Source of the DNA: Candidatus Woesearchaeota archaeon
GTDB lineage: Archaea > Nanobdellota > Nanobdellia > Woesearchaeales > WJKL01
Assembly: GCA_019322435.1 (NCBI GenBank)
Contig: JAHWIR010000004.1
Span: 48,604-112,603, forward strand
DNA length: 64,000 nucleotides
Direction: 5' to 3'
Part shown: one piece after another, positions 55,589-64,000 of the stretch
Layout of the letters: every line of letters begins with the position of its first letter
Numbering within the stretch: position 1 is the first letter of the stretch
Translations under genes and position numbers: made by a program
The notes under the pieces: model-generated
The model's input: only the letters and a program-made list of their open reading frames with translations
Databases searched by the model: none
Told to the model about the DNA's origin: nothing

Positions 55589-57049
55589 ATGTTAACAGAA
55601 TCATTTTCAGGAATAAGAGGATTATTCAATAAAGATTTGACTAGAGAAGTTATTGAAAACTATGCTTTAAGCTATGCAAACTTCTTAAAAAAATCAAATC
55701 CAAAGCCATTGATAATCCTAGGAATGGACACTCGTCCATCTTCTCCAATAATAAAAGAAGATATGAAAAAAGTCTTTCTTCAGCAAGGAATTGATGTCTA
55801 TGATGTGGGCTTTAACACAACTCCAGCAATCCAGCATGGAGTAAGGCATTATAAAGCCGATGGCGGTGTTGTAATCTCTGCTTCTCACAACGAACCAATC
55901 TGGAATGGATGGAAATTCCTAAGAAAGACAGGCTCTGTTCTAAAACCAGAAGAGATTGAAGAAGTGATACAAAACTCAAAATCACCAAAATCAGATAAAA
56001 AAGAGATAAGAGGCAAAGCAGAAGAAAGGGGCTCTGAGCTAAGGCAAAGTTACATTGATTTTGTTCTCAACCACATCGGAGAAAAAGGGATTATTGCAAT
56101 ACAAAATGCCAAATTCAAGGTGGTTGTTGATCCAAATGGAGGGACAGCCTCAACAGTCATAAAACCCATTCTTGAAAGATTAAATGTTGAGATTACTGGC
56201 AAAAATATGAGCCTGGGAGTTTTCAACAGATTGATTGAACCAAATGAAAAATCATTAGCTTACTTAGCTTATTATGTTGAAGACCTGAATGCAGATATCG
56301 GAGCAGGATGGGATTGTGATGGCGACCGTGTTGAATTAGTCATCCCAAATGATTCAAAATTCTCTAGAGAGCGTGGAAGAATGCTTTCAGGAAACTATAT
56401 TCTTGCTTTGATTGTAGAAGAAGTGTTATCAGAACACAACCAGCCATCAGTTGTAGTAATTAATGACGCAACCTCTGACTTAATAAAAGAAATAGCCAGA
56501 AAATACAATTCAAAAACACTAGAAGTAGAAGTAGGAGAAATCAATGTTGTAGATAAAATGGATGAAACAGAATCTCCAGTAGGAGGAGAAGGATCTTCCT
56601 CAGGAGGCATTGTTCCTCCTTCAAAATGCCGCGATGGTGTCTTATCTCTAGTACAAATCCTCTATTTGATGGCAAAAAGAAAGCAAAAAATAACAGATAT
56701 ATTGGAAGAATTCCCTCCTTATTACAGCTCAAGAATTGACATTAAATGTGATCCAGAAATTAGTTCAAAAATGAGGGACAAGCTAGAAGAATACTGGCAA
56801 AATCAAGCATTCATAAAAGAGATTAGAAAAACAGGAGATAAAACAGGAGGCCTAAAAATAATAAGAGAGCTTGAAAAGCATGGCCCTGGCTGGATTTGGT
56901 ATAGAGCATCAAAAACAGAAAAAGGCCTTTTCAGGATTATAACAGATGCAAAACAAAGAGAATACGCTGACAAGCTTCTTGCAATGGGAGAAAAAGCATT
57001 TAATGACTGCGCAACTGAAATTGAATTAGAATCAGGTGATACAGAATGA
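55589..57049 (+). CDS. phosphoglucomutase/phosphomannomutase family protein
   Basis: ISASHNEP (phospho-Ser loop) and GWDCDGDR (Mg site). Confidence 0.8.
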   Translation: MLTESFSGIRGLFNKDLTREVIENYALSYANFLKKSNPKPLIILGMDTRPSSPIIKEDMKKVFLQQGIDVYDVGFNTTPAIQHGVRHYKADGGVVISASHNEPIWNGWKFLRKTGSVLKPEEIEEVIQNSKSPKSDKKEIRGKAEERGSELRQSYIDFVLNHIGEKGIIAIQNAKFKVVVDPNGGTASTVIKPILERLNVEITGKNMSLGVFNRLIEPNEKSLAYLAYYVEDLNADIGAGWDCDGDRVELVIPNDSKFSRERGRMLSGNYILALIVEEVLSEHNQPSVVVINDATSDLIKEIARKYNSKTLEVEVGEINVVDKMDETESPVGGEGSSSGGIVPPSKCRDGVLSLVQILYLMAKRKQKITDILEEFPPYYSSRIDIKCDPEISSKMRDKLEEYWQNQAFIKEIRKTGDKTGGLKIIRELEKHGPGWIWYRASKTEKGLFRIITDAKQREYADKLLAMGEKAFNDCATEIELESGDTE

Positions 57050-57744
57050 AGGCAGTAATTATGGCAGCAGGAAAAGGAACAAGAATGCTTCCTTTGACAG
57101 AACACACTCCAAAAGTACTAATTGAAATAAATGGCAAACCATTCTTACATTATGTTATTGAAAACCTAAAAAAAGCAGGATTTGATGAATTTGGAATCAT
57201 AGCTGGCCATCTAAAAGAAAAAATACAGGAATATGTCAAACAAAATAACATAAATGCAACAATCATAGAGCAAAAAGAACAATTAGGAACAGGCCATGCT
57301 GTAATACAGGCAAAAGACTTCTGCAAAGATGAATCTTTCATTGTTCTTGGCGGAGATAACTTGTTCTCAGTTGAAGACCTAAAAGCAATAAATAACCAAG
57401 ATGAATTCTGCTATGCGATTGGCAAGGAAACTCCAGGAGATATAAGCAGGTATGGTATCTTTGTTGTAGAAGGAGATAGATTAGTAAAGATAGAAGAAAA
57501 ACCAGAAATACCTCCAAGCAACATAGTAAATATTGGCTTGTACAAATTCACACCAGAAATCTGGTCTGCTTTAGACCAAATTGAACTTTCTCCAAGAGGC
57601 GAATATGAACTGACAGATGCAGTTAACATCCTGGCAGAAAAAGGAAAAGTAAAAGCATTAAAATTGCATAATTACTGGCTTGATCTAGGTTCTAAAGAAG
57701 ATATTCCAAAAATAGAAGAAGAAATAAGAAAACTAGAATTCTAA
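57046..57744 (+). CDS. sugar-1-phosphate nucleotidyltransferase
   Basis: MKAVIMAAGKGTRMLPLTEHTPKVL. Confidence 0.85.
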   Translation: MKAVIMAAGKGTRMLPLTEHTPKVLIEINGKPFLHYVIENLKKAGFDEFGIIAGHLKEKIQEYVKQNNINATIIEQKEQLGTGHAVIQAKDFCKDESFIVLGGDNLFSVEDLKAINNQDEFCYAIGKETPGDISRYGIFVVEGDRLVKIEEKPEIPPSNIVNIGLYKFTPEIWSALDQIELSPRGEYELTDAVNILAEKGKVKALKLHNYWLDLGSKEDIPKIEEEIRKLEF

Positions 57745-58007
57745 TCTTTCTTTCTTCCGTATAGATAACATCCCAGAAGTACTATAATAAATTCAATAAA
57801 AGCAAGCCCGTTCATTACAAGAACAGGAAAGTTCATTATCTCTATTCCATACAAAATCCAGATAAAAGAACCCATAGTCAAAGCAGCATATGTTAAAACA
57901 GATATATCATGAGCACTTTTTCTTTTGAATATTTTATAGATTTGCGGAAAATTAGCAACCCCATTAACAACTCCAAAAACAGTTGCAAGCATTGATAATA
58001 TTGTCAT
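57741..58007 (-). CDS. SemiSWEET / PQ-loop sugar transporter (88 aa, 3 TM)
   Basis: VANFPQIYKIFKRKSAHDIS PQ motif in loop 1 and three TM helices. Confidence 0.6.
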   Translation of the reverse strand: MTILSMLATVFGVVNGVANFPQIYKIFKRKSAHDISVLTYAALTMGSFIWILYGIEIMNFPVLVMNGLAFIEFIIVLLGCYLYGRKKD

Positions 58008-58010
58008 TAT

Positions 58011-58784
58011 TTAGACCCTCCTTACAAAAGTCAAAAAAGCTGTATGCCCAATACCTTCGCTTCTAGGTCTTACAACTGGCCCGTTTATTTTCCAGCTTCT
58101 TTCAACTAACTCAACAGTTTTCTCATGAATAAACTTTCCATTGGCTTTAATTGCATTGACAAAATCAGCTGTCTGGGTTATCTGAGGGTTATAGACAACA
58201 AGATAACCTCCAACTCTCAAACATTTCTCAGCTGCCTGTATTGCATTCCATGGAGTTGGCAAATCTAATACAACCAAATCAACATCTTTCTCATCAATTC
58301 CCTTAAAAATACTTTTCTCTTTAACCTTGATATTCTTTAATCCCAGATTCTTGATATTCTCTTTAGCTACTTTTATATTCTCTTTTTCAATATCATAGCT
58401 TACAACCTCTTTGCACATATGCGCAAGATAAATTGCATTAGCTCCGCAGCCAGTCCCAGCATCTACAATCCTGCTGTTCTTATTAACACCAGTCTGAGCC
58501 ATAATATAACCAATATCCTTTAATGTCATAATCTGGGATGTTCTTCTTATCCTTTTGTAATCATCAATAAAATCAGCATCCAGCAGAATAAACTCTTTGC
58601 CTGTATTGCTTTTCACAGCACTTCCTGCTTTCTTCTTCAAATCTGATTTAGAAATAACACCATACTGTGTAGAATAATCCTTAGTCAAATCATCAATATA
58701 AAACTTCTTCAATTTAATGACAGATATCTCTTTATTTAATTCTTTTACAAATTCTCTTTTTGGCTTTGAAATCAGAATTTTCAT
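58011..58784 (-). CDS. trmI: tRNA (m1A57/58) methyltransferase TrmI (GCD14 family)
   Basis: DAGTGCGANAIYLA ... VLDLPTPWNAIQAA. The track ORF start at 58907 would overlap tRNA-Cys; the internal MKILISKP start at 58784 is used. Confidence 0.65.
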   Translation of the reverse strand: MKILISKPKREFVKELNKEISVIKLKKFYIDDLTKDYSTQYGVISKSDLKKKAGSAVKSNTGKEFILLDADFIDDYKRIRRTSQIMTLKDIGYIMAQTGVNKNSRIVDAGTGCGANAIYLAHMCKEVVSYDIEKENIKVAKENIKNLGLKNIKVKEKSIFKGIDEKDVDLVVLDLPTPWNAIQAAEKCLRVGGYLVVYNPQITQTADFVNAIKANGKFIHEKTVELVERSWKINGPVVRPRSEGIGHTAFLTFVRRV

Positions 58785-58793
58785 GATAAAAAA

Positions 58794-58865
58794 GCGGAGG
58801 ATGGGACTCGAACCCACGAATAAACGGGTTGCAGCCGTTCGCCTTAGCCGCTTGGCCACCTCCGC
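58794..58865 (-). tRNA. tRNA-Cys (GCA)
   Basis: Revcomp GCGGAGG-TG-GCC-AAGCGGCTAA-GGC-G-AACGG-CTGCAAC-CCGTT-TATTC-GTGGG-TTCGAGT-CCCAT-CCTCCGC; 72 nt, CCA not encoded. Confidence 0.75.
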
Positions 58866-58867
58866 AA

Positions 58868-58989
58868 CGGCCCTGAGGGGACTCTCGCGAACGCGAGGAT
58901 TTCCCACGCTCTATTCGAACCCCCGATCTACAGCTTTCCTAACAAAAGCTTAGAAGGCTGTCGCCTTATCCAGACTAGGCTACAGGGCC
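58868..58989 (-). tRNA. tRNA-Arg (TCT) with two introns (15 nt at 37/38; about 32 nt in the T-arm)
   Basis: Revcomp: GGCCCTG-TA-GCCT-AGTCTGGATA-AGGC-G-ACAGC-CTTCTA[15-nt intron]A-GCTGT-AGATC-GGGGG-TTCGAAT[AGAGCG...CTCGCGTTCGCGAG AGT]CCCCT-CAGGGCC-G. Only 2 nt separate it from tRNA-Cys. Confidence 0.5.
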
Positions 58990-59027
58990 ATAGAGAAAAA
59001 TAGAAATAATACATTTATAAATGTTAC

Positions 59028-59147
59028 TTATTGTCTATCACTGTGCATAGTGCAGTCTTTCTTCAACTCCCAGAAATAAAAACACTTCCTTCCATGATCT
59101 TCCCAAACTTTACATCCAGCACAACTTCTAGGTATTTCTTGTTCCAT
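59028..59147 (-). CDS. small Cys-rich ORF (39 aa) immediately after the top6A stop, below ORF-track cutoff
   Basis: TAAATG junction with top6A; MEQEIPRSCAGCKVWEDHGRKCFYFWELKKDCTMHSDRQ. Confidence 0.25.
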   Translation of the reverse strand: MEQEIPRSCAGCKVWEDHGRKCFYFWELKKDCTMHSDRQ

Positions 59148-60245
59148 TTAAGGCAACCAAGTCTTAGGCTTTTTTAATTTTTTCGGTAAATAATCAGAGA
59201 TTACAAAATTCAATCCATGCTTTGCAAGTGCTTGCTGTTCTGCCCTGACTTTCATATTATTCATCTGCTTCAAAGCTTTCTGCCATTCTTTATGATGCTG
59301 TATAAATGGGTCATTCTTAAGCAGATCTTTGATTTTCTTGACATCAACATCTTTCAAAGGATGTGACGGCAGTTTATACTCAACAATATCCTGAGGTGTA
59401 ATGCCGATGAACCGTGCATTTGGAACACAGAAAAATTCATTGATATGTGCTGCATTTCCTGAACCAACCTTCAATGTCCTGTAAATGCTTCCATAACCAT
59501 AAGGATCTCCGTCAGTAAAAACATAGACAGGAATCTTCTTTGATTCTGATAACCTTCTGATAAATCTTCTGCAGGCTCTTGTAGGAACTCCTCCCATTGA
59601 AACCAAAATACAATTTGCCTTTTTCCAATACTTATGCTTAACCAGCCTCTGGAACATACCAGCAGTCTCTATAGCCAAAACAAACTTGGCATTTGTATCA
59701 AACTTCAGATGCTCAACAGAGATTGGAATTGAATAAGCTCCTGAGCCAAACTTAGTGCAGTCAATCTTCAAGGATTTTCCTGTTTCAGTATCCTTGTCAA
59801 TAACAACCAACTTCCCAGCAACTTCTCCTCCTTTTTCTTCAGGAATAAAACCAAGCTGCTCTCTATTGACCATCATCATTGCTTCAACATCATCCATAAC
59901 AGAATCAGACTCAGGCTGTTCTTTAAATCTTGCTTCAGCCCAGTTCTTGGAGATATAATAAGCCTCTCTTTTAGATGCAATATCATCTTTCTCAACCAAT
60001 TCCTTGCTCAAAGACATCATCTTCAGTGTCTGGGCAAAAGTCTTGACACTTGCTGCAGTCAATGTCCTTATCTTCATCTTTCCTAACAGCTCAAAATAAC
60101 CATCTTTAGGATCATACTTTACATTGCTCAAGCTTCTTAAAGGAGATTTTAACTCAGGCTGTTTCTTCTTCAATATCTTGCTATAGACTCCCTTTGCAAG
60201 ATCATTGATCTGCGGCAGCACCCCTTTACTTTTCTTTTTTGGCAT
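59148..60245 (-). CDS. top6A: DNA topoisomerase VI subunit A (Spo11-like)
   Basis: Toprim [13 protein letters not shown] and winged-helix region; 365 aa. Confidence 0.85.
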   Translation of the reverse strand: MPKKKSKGVLPQINDLAKGVYSKILKKKQPELKSPLRSLSNVKYDPKDGYFELLGKMKIRTLTAASVKTFAQTLKMMSLSKELVEKDDIASKREAYYISKNWAEARFKEQPESDSVMDDVEAMMMVNREQLGFIPEEKGGEVAGKLVVIDKDTETGKSLKIDCTKFGSGAYSIPISVEHLKFDTNAKFVLAIETAGMFQRLVKHKYWKKANCILVSMGGVPTRACRRFIRRLSESKKIPVYVFTDGDPYGYGSIYRTLKVGSGNAAHINEFFCVPNARFIGITPQDIVEYKLPSHPLKDVDVKKIKDLLKNDPFIQHHKEWQKALKQMNNMKVRAEQQALAKHGLNFVISDYLPKKLKKPKTWLP

Positions 60246-62010
60246 TTTTCTCCTCCAGTGCTAATCCTTCATCAAACTCAGATGTATCGATCTTTATCTC
60301 CTCTAATTTTCCTCTTTTCTTCTCTAATATAGTTTTCAACAGTTTCTCAAGCTTTTTCTCATCTGCAACCTTTAACTTCAGCAATTCCCTTAAAGCTTCT
60401 CCAATATAAGGTATATAAGTCTCAATATAGCCTCTTTTCTTGCCTTCAGCTGCAATATATTTTTTCTTCTTGACATAGCTGGCCAGTTTCCTTCCCACTT
60501 CTTGTACAGCTAATTTTATTTCTTTGATGATTTCAGGATAATGGGCAATAGCCTCTTTTGATTCAGATGTAAACGGCACCCACACAGAAGCAATATGAAC
60601 AACAATAGTGCAAGGGCCTACAGGTAATGCTCCTTTCGATTGGCTTAAGCCATAACTTCTCCAGTTTGTCTGAACAACAGATTTTGAAACAGCACAAGCT
60701 CCTGGCTGATAAAGCAGAGGAACCCTGTTTGCAAATCTCAACAATCTTATCTGTCCTTCCTCATCCTGCTCTCCGCCATAAGCCACTCCTGCTTCAATGA
60801 TAAACGGGTTTCCCCTATAGACAGATGGAGGCCTGGTTGCAGCAGCATAAAATTCAGCTTTTATCTCCTTCCTTAAACCTTTCTCAAGAGCTTCAGCTCC
60901 AATAGGGCTGATGCAGTCAGTAGGAGGATTCATGATGCGTGTCTTTTTTATTCCATGTTCAAGCCTTTCAGCCATCTCTCTTGTCATTCTTTTTGGTTTT
61001 GTATCAGGCAAAATAGCTGCATTTGAACATATCTGTTTAGCAGTCCCTGCTCCAACCCTAGAAAAATCAGTGTGCAAAAAACCAGAAACACTTCTTGCTT
61101 TAGTAGCATTAAGCATCTTTATCAGTCTGCCAAGCTCAACACCATAAGGATGAGGCTTTATCTCTTTAGGATCTTTTGGCAGTTCTTCAACAGCCCTTGG
61201 AAATATCATCTGTTTTGCTAGCGGACTAGCATAAATCAAAGTAACATGAGGATTTACAATAGCAGTCTGCTTCAGATATTTGTCAACACTCTGCCCTCCA
61301 GCTTGATACGTCCCTTCCAGATCAATCTCAATCTTTGTTCCGTGCTCTTTGTTCCACTGGATTTCTTTCTCTGCAACTATCTTTGGCTCATTTTTCTGGG
61401 TATCGATCTTTAGTTCATAATAATGAGCAGGTGATTTTGGACTGATCCTAGACATAATCTTTACAGGCTTTCCAGTTGTCAGCTGCCCGTATAAAGCAGC
61501 AGCTGAAATTCCGATTCCTTGCTGCCCTCTGCTTTGCTTTAAAGTATGGAACTTGCTTCCGTATAATAATTTAGCAAAAATATTAGGAATCTGTTTTTTC
61601 ACAACACCAGGCCCATTATCCTCAACAATGATCCGGTATCTGTCTGTGATCGTTGGCTTTTCCTCAACCTCTTCTGTAACCAAAGTTGTCTGCCCTTCTT
61701 CAACCTCTTTCTTGATCTCAGGCTTTGTGCTCATATCTATAATCTGTACCTTTACTTCTGGCAAAACTTTAGCTTCTTCGCAAGCATCCAAAGAATTATC
61801 AACAGCTTCTTTGACAGTTGTCAAAAGTGCTTTTCTTTTATTGTCAAATCCTAGCAGATGCCTGTTCTTCTCAAAAAACTCAGCAACAGAAATCTCTCTC
61901 TGCTTCTTGGCAAGCTCATGAGCAATCGGCTGTTTTCTAGGAGCTGCTGCAGGAGCTTTTTTCTTCCTGGTTGTCCTTTTTCTTGTTTTTCTTTTAGCCA
62001 CGCTGCTCAA
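60226..62010 (-). CDS. top6B: DNA topoisomerase VI subunit B (GHKL ATPase)
   Basis: Bergerat fold EAVDNSLDA ... [10 protein letters not shown]; 594 aa. Confidence 0.85.
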   Translation of the reverse strand: MSSVAKRKTRKRTTRKKKAPAAAPRKQPIAHELAKKQREISVAEFFEKNRHLLGFDNKRKALLTTVKEAVDNSLDACEEAKVLPEVKVQIIDMSTKPEIKKEVEEGQTTLVTEEVEEKPTITDRYRIIVEDNGPGVVKKQIPNIFAKLLYGSKFHTLKQSRGQQGIGISAAALYGQLTTGKPVKIMSRISPKSPAHYYELKIDTQKNEPKIVAEKEIQWNKEHGTKIEIDLEGTYQAGGQSVDKYLKQTAIVNPHVTLIYASPLAKQMIFPRAVEELPKDPKEIKPHPYGVELGRLIKMLNATKARSVSGFLHTDFSRVGAGTAKQICSNAAILPDTKPKRMTREMAERLEHGIKKTRIMNPPTDCISPIGAEALEKGLRKEIKAEFYAAATRPPSVYRGNPFIIEAGVAYGGEQDEEGQIRLLRFANRVPLLYQPGACAVSKSVVQTNWRSYGLSQSKGALPVGPCTIVVHIASVWVPFTSESKEAIAHYPEIIKEIKLAVQEVGRKLASYVKKKKYIAAEGKKRGYIETYIPYIGEALRELLKLKVADEKKLEKLLKTILEKKRGKLEEIKIDTSEFDEGLALEEKNAKKEK

Positions 62011-62548
62011 ACTCCTTTTGTATTATCTCTTTTCTTCTTTTCTCAAGCCATTTATAAATATTTCCATGCTTCGATCCCTTCAATAGGCCCTCTACAGCTC
62101 TTCTTGCCAATGCAACATTCTCAACACTGCCGATTATTGCTACAGTCCTTCCATAGATTGAGATATAACATTCAGTCAGTGCTTCAATTGTCTTCCTTGC
62201 CTTTCCCTCAGTGCCTATCAGCCTTCCTCTCACCCTCTGCAGATGATTTTTTGTCCCTGCATACTCTTCAATATCAATGACCTCCAAAGAATAATCAGTT
62301 TTTAATAATAATTTTGCAATATTCGGATTAAATCCTCTTCCAACAGCCTTGACAACCTCTCTTGCATTGAACAGATTAATAGCATCTTTGCCAGAAATAA
62401 AAACATCCCCTTCTTCAGAATCAATCTTGATCTTGGTTTTTGTAGCAGCTTCAATATCTTTCTTTACCTTGCCTTTAACTCCAATAAGAACAGCAACCCT
62501 GTCTTTTGGTATCTTTAACTCATACTGAAACTCTGAAGTGGAGGTCAT
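61994..62548 (-). CDS. KH-domain RNA-binding protein (two KH modules)
   Basis: [14 protein letters not shown] and [14 protein letters not shown] GxxG loops. Confidence 0.7.
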   Translation of the reverse strand: MTSTSEFQYELKIPKDRVAVLIGVKGKVKKDIEAATKTKIKIDSEEGDVFISGKDAINLFNAREVVKAVGRGFNPNIAKLLLKTDYSLEVIDIEEYAGTKNHLQRVRGRLIGTEGKARKTIEALTECYISIYGRTVAIIGSVENVALARRAVEGLLKGSKHGNIYKWLEKRRKEIIQKEFEQRG

Positions 62549-63306
62549 ATCTTGTTTTAAAACATATTTATATTTAAAGTTTCTCTATTTTAAAATAACC
62601 ACTATAGAGTACTAAAAAAAGAAAGGTTTATATATAAGTTATACCTACCTAATAGTAGCAAATCAGGGGGCATATTCTATACCCCTTATTTAAGTTATTA
62701 AAGCTTAAATAAGCTTTTAATACTTATCTAAACACCTCTTTTCCCCTTAAATGCCTTTTTAAGGCATTTGAGGGGTTTATCATACTATTCGAAGCAATTC
62801 GGATAAAACCCCCTTTTTCCCTGGCAAAGTTTTACTTTGCTAGGGTTTATTAAAAATGAAAATCATAATATATTTAACAGCAATCGTTATTTTCTTGATC
62901 ACTATCTTTAGTTCTATAAAGTAAAATAAAAACAAATCTTTATATATTATCGAGTATTAGTAATATTAGTATTAAAATATGCTTTAATAGGCCCTTAAAG
63001 GCTTAAAAAGGCGTATTTTGGCCCGTGACGAGAGTTACTCAATGGAGCTTACGGCAAAGCCAAGCAATGAGCTTGGGGGTTATTTTGCGGGCCACAAAAC
63101 CTTTAATAATTCATTAAAAGAGTATAGAACGATTAAACATTCATTGATTATCATTATTTCACTTATTTAGCTTTGAAGTACTAAAAGATTGTTCTATATT
63201 CTAAATTACAGGAGGCGCATCACATGCTCATCATTCACTATGTATCACATATAGTTAGATGATATGATAGGATGCTCTTTCTAAATAAATCGGAGGAATG
63301 ATAAAA

Positions 63307-64000
63307 ATGGGAAAAATTAGTCAAGTTTCATCTAAATATATTGTTCACGCTACAATTGATATTGATGGTATTGTTGAAAGACCAGATGTTATAGGTGCTA
63401 TTTTTGGCCAGACAGAAGGCCTATTAGGAGCAGATTTAGAGCTAAGAGAACTTCAGCGTTCTGGAAGAATTGGAAGGATTGAAGTCACTGTTGACACTAG
63501 ATCTGGAAAATCACAAGGAAGCATAATCATGCCATCTTCTTTAGACAAGGCAGAAACAAGCATTGTAGGAGCAGCTTTAGAAGTTATTCAAAGGATAGGA
63601 CCTTGCAATGCCAAGCTAAAAGTGCAGAACATTGAAGATGTCAGAGTCAGCAAGAGAAAACTGGTTATTGACAGGGCAAAAGAATTGCTGAAACAGATGA
63701 CAGACAATGTTCTTCCAGACTCACAGGAACTGTCAGACGAAGTTGCTTATTCTGTAAGAGTAATGGAAATACAGCAGTATGGAAAAGATAGATTGCCAGC
63801 AGGCCCGGCAGTAGATGATTCTGATGAGCTTATAGTTGTTGAAGGAAGGGCAGATGTTCTGAATCTGTTAAAGCACGGTTTTAAGAATGTTATAGCAATG
63901 AACGGAACTTCTGTTCCTGATACAATAAAAGAATTAAGCAAAAAGAAAGAACTGATTGCCTTTGTTGATGGCGACCGTGGCGGAAACCTGATCATAAAAG
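63307..64000 (+). CDS. dnaG: archaeal DnaG primase (TOPRIM), partial (runs off window end)
   Basis: [41 protein letters not shown] ... Toprim [14 protein letters not shown] ... [10 protein letters not shown]. Confidence 0.85.
   Translation, partial: MGKISQVSSKYIVHATIDIDGIVERPDVIGAIFGQTEGLLGADLELRELQRSGRIGRIEVTVDTRSGKSQGSIIMPSSLDKAETSIVGAALEVIQRIGPCNAKLKVQNIEDVRVSKRKLVIDRAKELLKQMTDNVLPDSQELSDEVAYSVRVMEIQQYGKDRLPAGPAVDDSDELIVVEGRADVLNLLKHGFKNVIAMNGTSVPDTIKELSKKKELIAFVDGDRGGNLIIK

Noticed and set aside
58785-58907. N-terminal extension of the track ORF 58011-58907 (TrmI)
   Set aside because: The extension would read through tRNA-Cys on the same strand; the internal Met at 58784 gives a normal TrmI N-terminus.
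1-64000. CRISPR arrays, transposases/IS elements, integrases and rRNA genes
   Set aside because: No regularly spaced direct repeats were seen, no DDE or tyrosine-recombinase motifs in any ORF, and no rRNA-like GC-rich long non-coding stretch.

Overview
This AT-rich window (roughly one-third GC) reads as an archaeal chromosome segment with many short, often overlapping genes, a pattern typical of DPANN-like or other small-genome archaea. Archaeal housekeeping genes pin down the host: RFC large subunit (partial, 5' edge), archaeal-type ValRS, CysRS, Nop5-fibrillarin, pyruvate:ferredoxin oxidoreductase porGDAB, UMP kinase, SecDF, CTP synthase, ABCE1, TrmI, topoisomerase VI A/B, a KH protein and DnaG primase (partial, 3' edge). 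Between RFC and valS lies an accessory island (about 1.0-7.9 kb) with a RusA-like resolvase, a HAD hydrolase, a beta-class DNA amino-methyltransferase beside a nuclease-like membrane protein, a HEPN-motif protein and several small secreted or membrane proteins. Other clusters of note:
- An ArsR - zinc-ribbon - alpha/beta hydrolase - IscS - IscU operon with a palindromic operator candidate over the ArsR start codon.
- A Nop5 - PEP-utiliser-domain protein - methyltransferase - fibrillarin operon.
- A por operon with an embedded zinc-ribbon ORF and a small membrane protein.
- A GC-rich 125-nt intergenic island that may be a structured ncRNA.
- An RHH - MacB/FtsX-type ABC transporter module with a large surface protein, downstream of two paralogous membrane proteins flanking an acidic repeat protein.
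- A glycogen-type glucan cluster (GT4, GH57, two paralogous small proteins, GT3 eukaryote-like glycogen synthase, GalT-like HIT enzyme, debranching enzyme), together with PGM/PMM, a sugar-nucleotidyltransferase and a SemiSWEET.
- A 5-kb minus-strand array of overlapping uncharacterised small genes containing an RHH plus 99-aa partner pair (TA-like), GT2 and GH15-like genes.
- A zinc-ribbon plus radical-SAM-like pair with a CX4CX2C motif.
- Tandem tRNA-Cys(GCA) and a tRNA-Arg(TCT) that appears to carry two introns.
- A 750-bp structured intergenic region upstream of dnaG.
No CRISPR array, transposase or integrase was seen. Seven small ORFs missed by the 60-aa track cutoff were found by eye.
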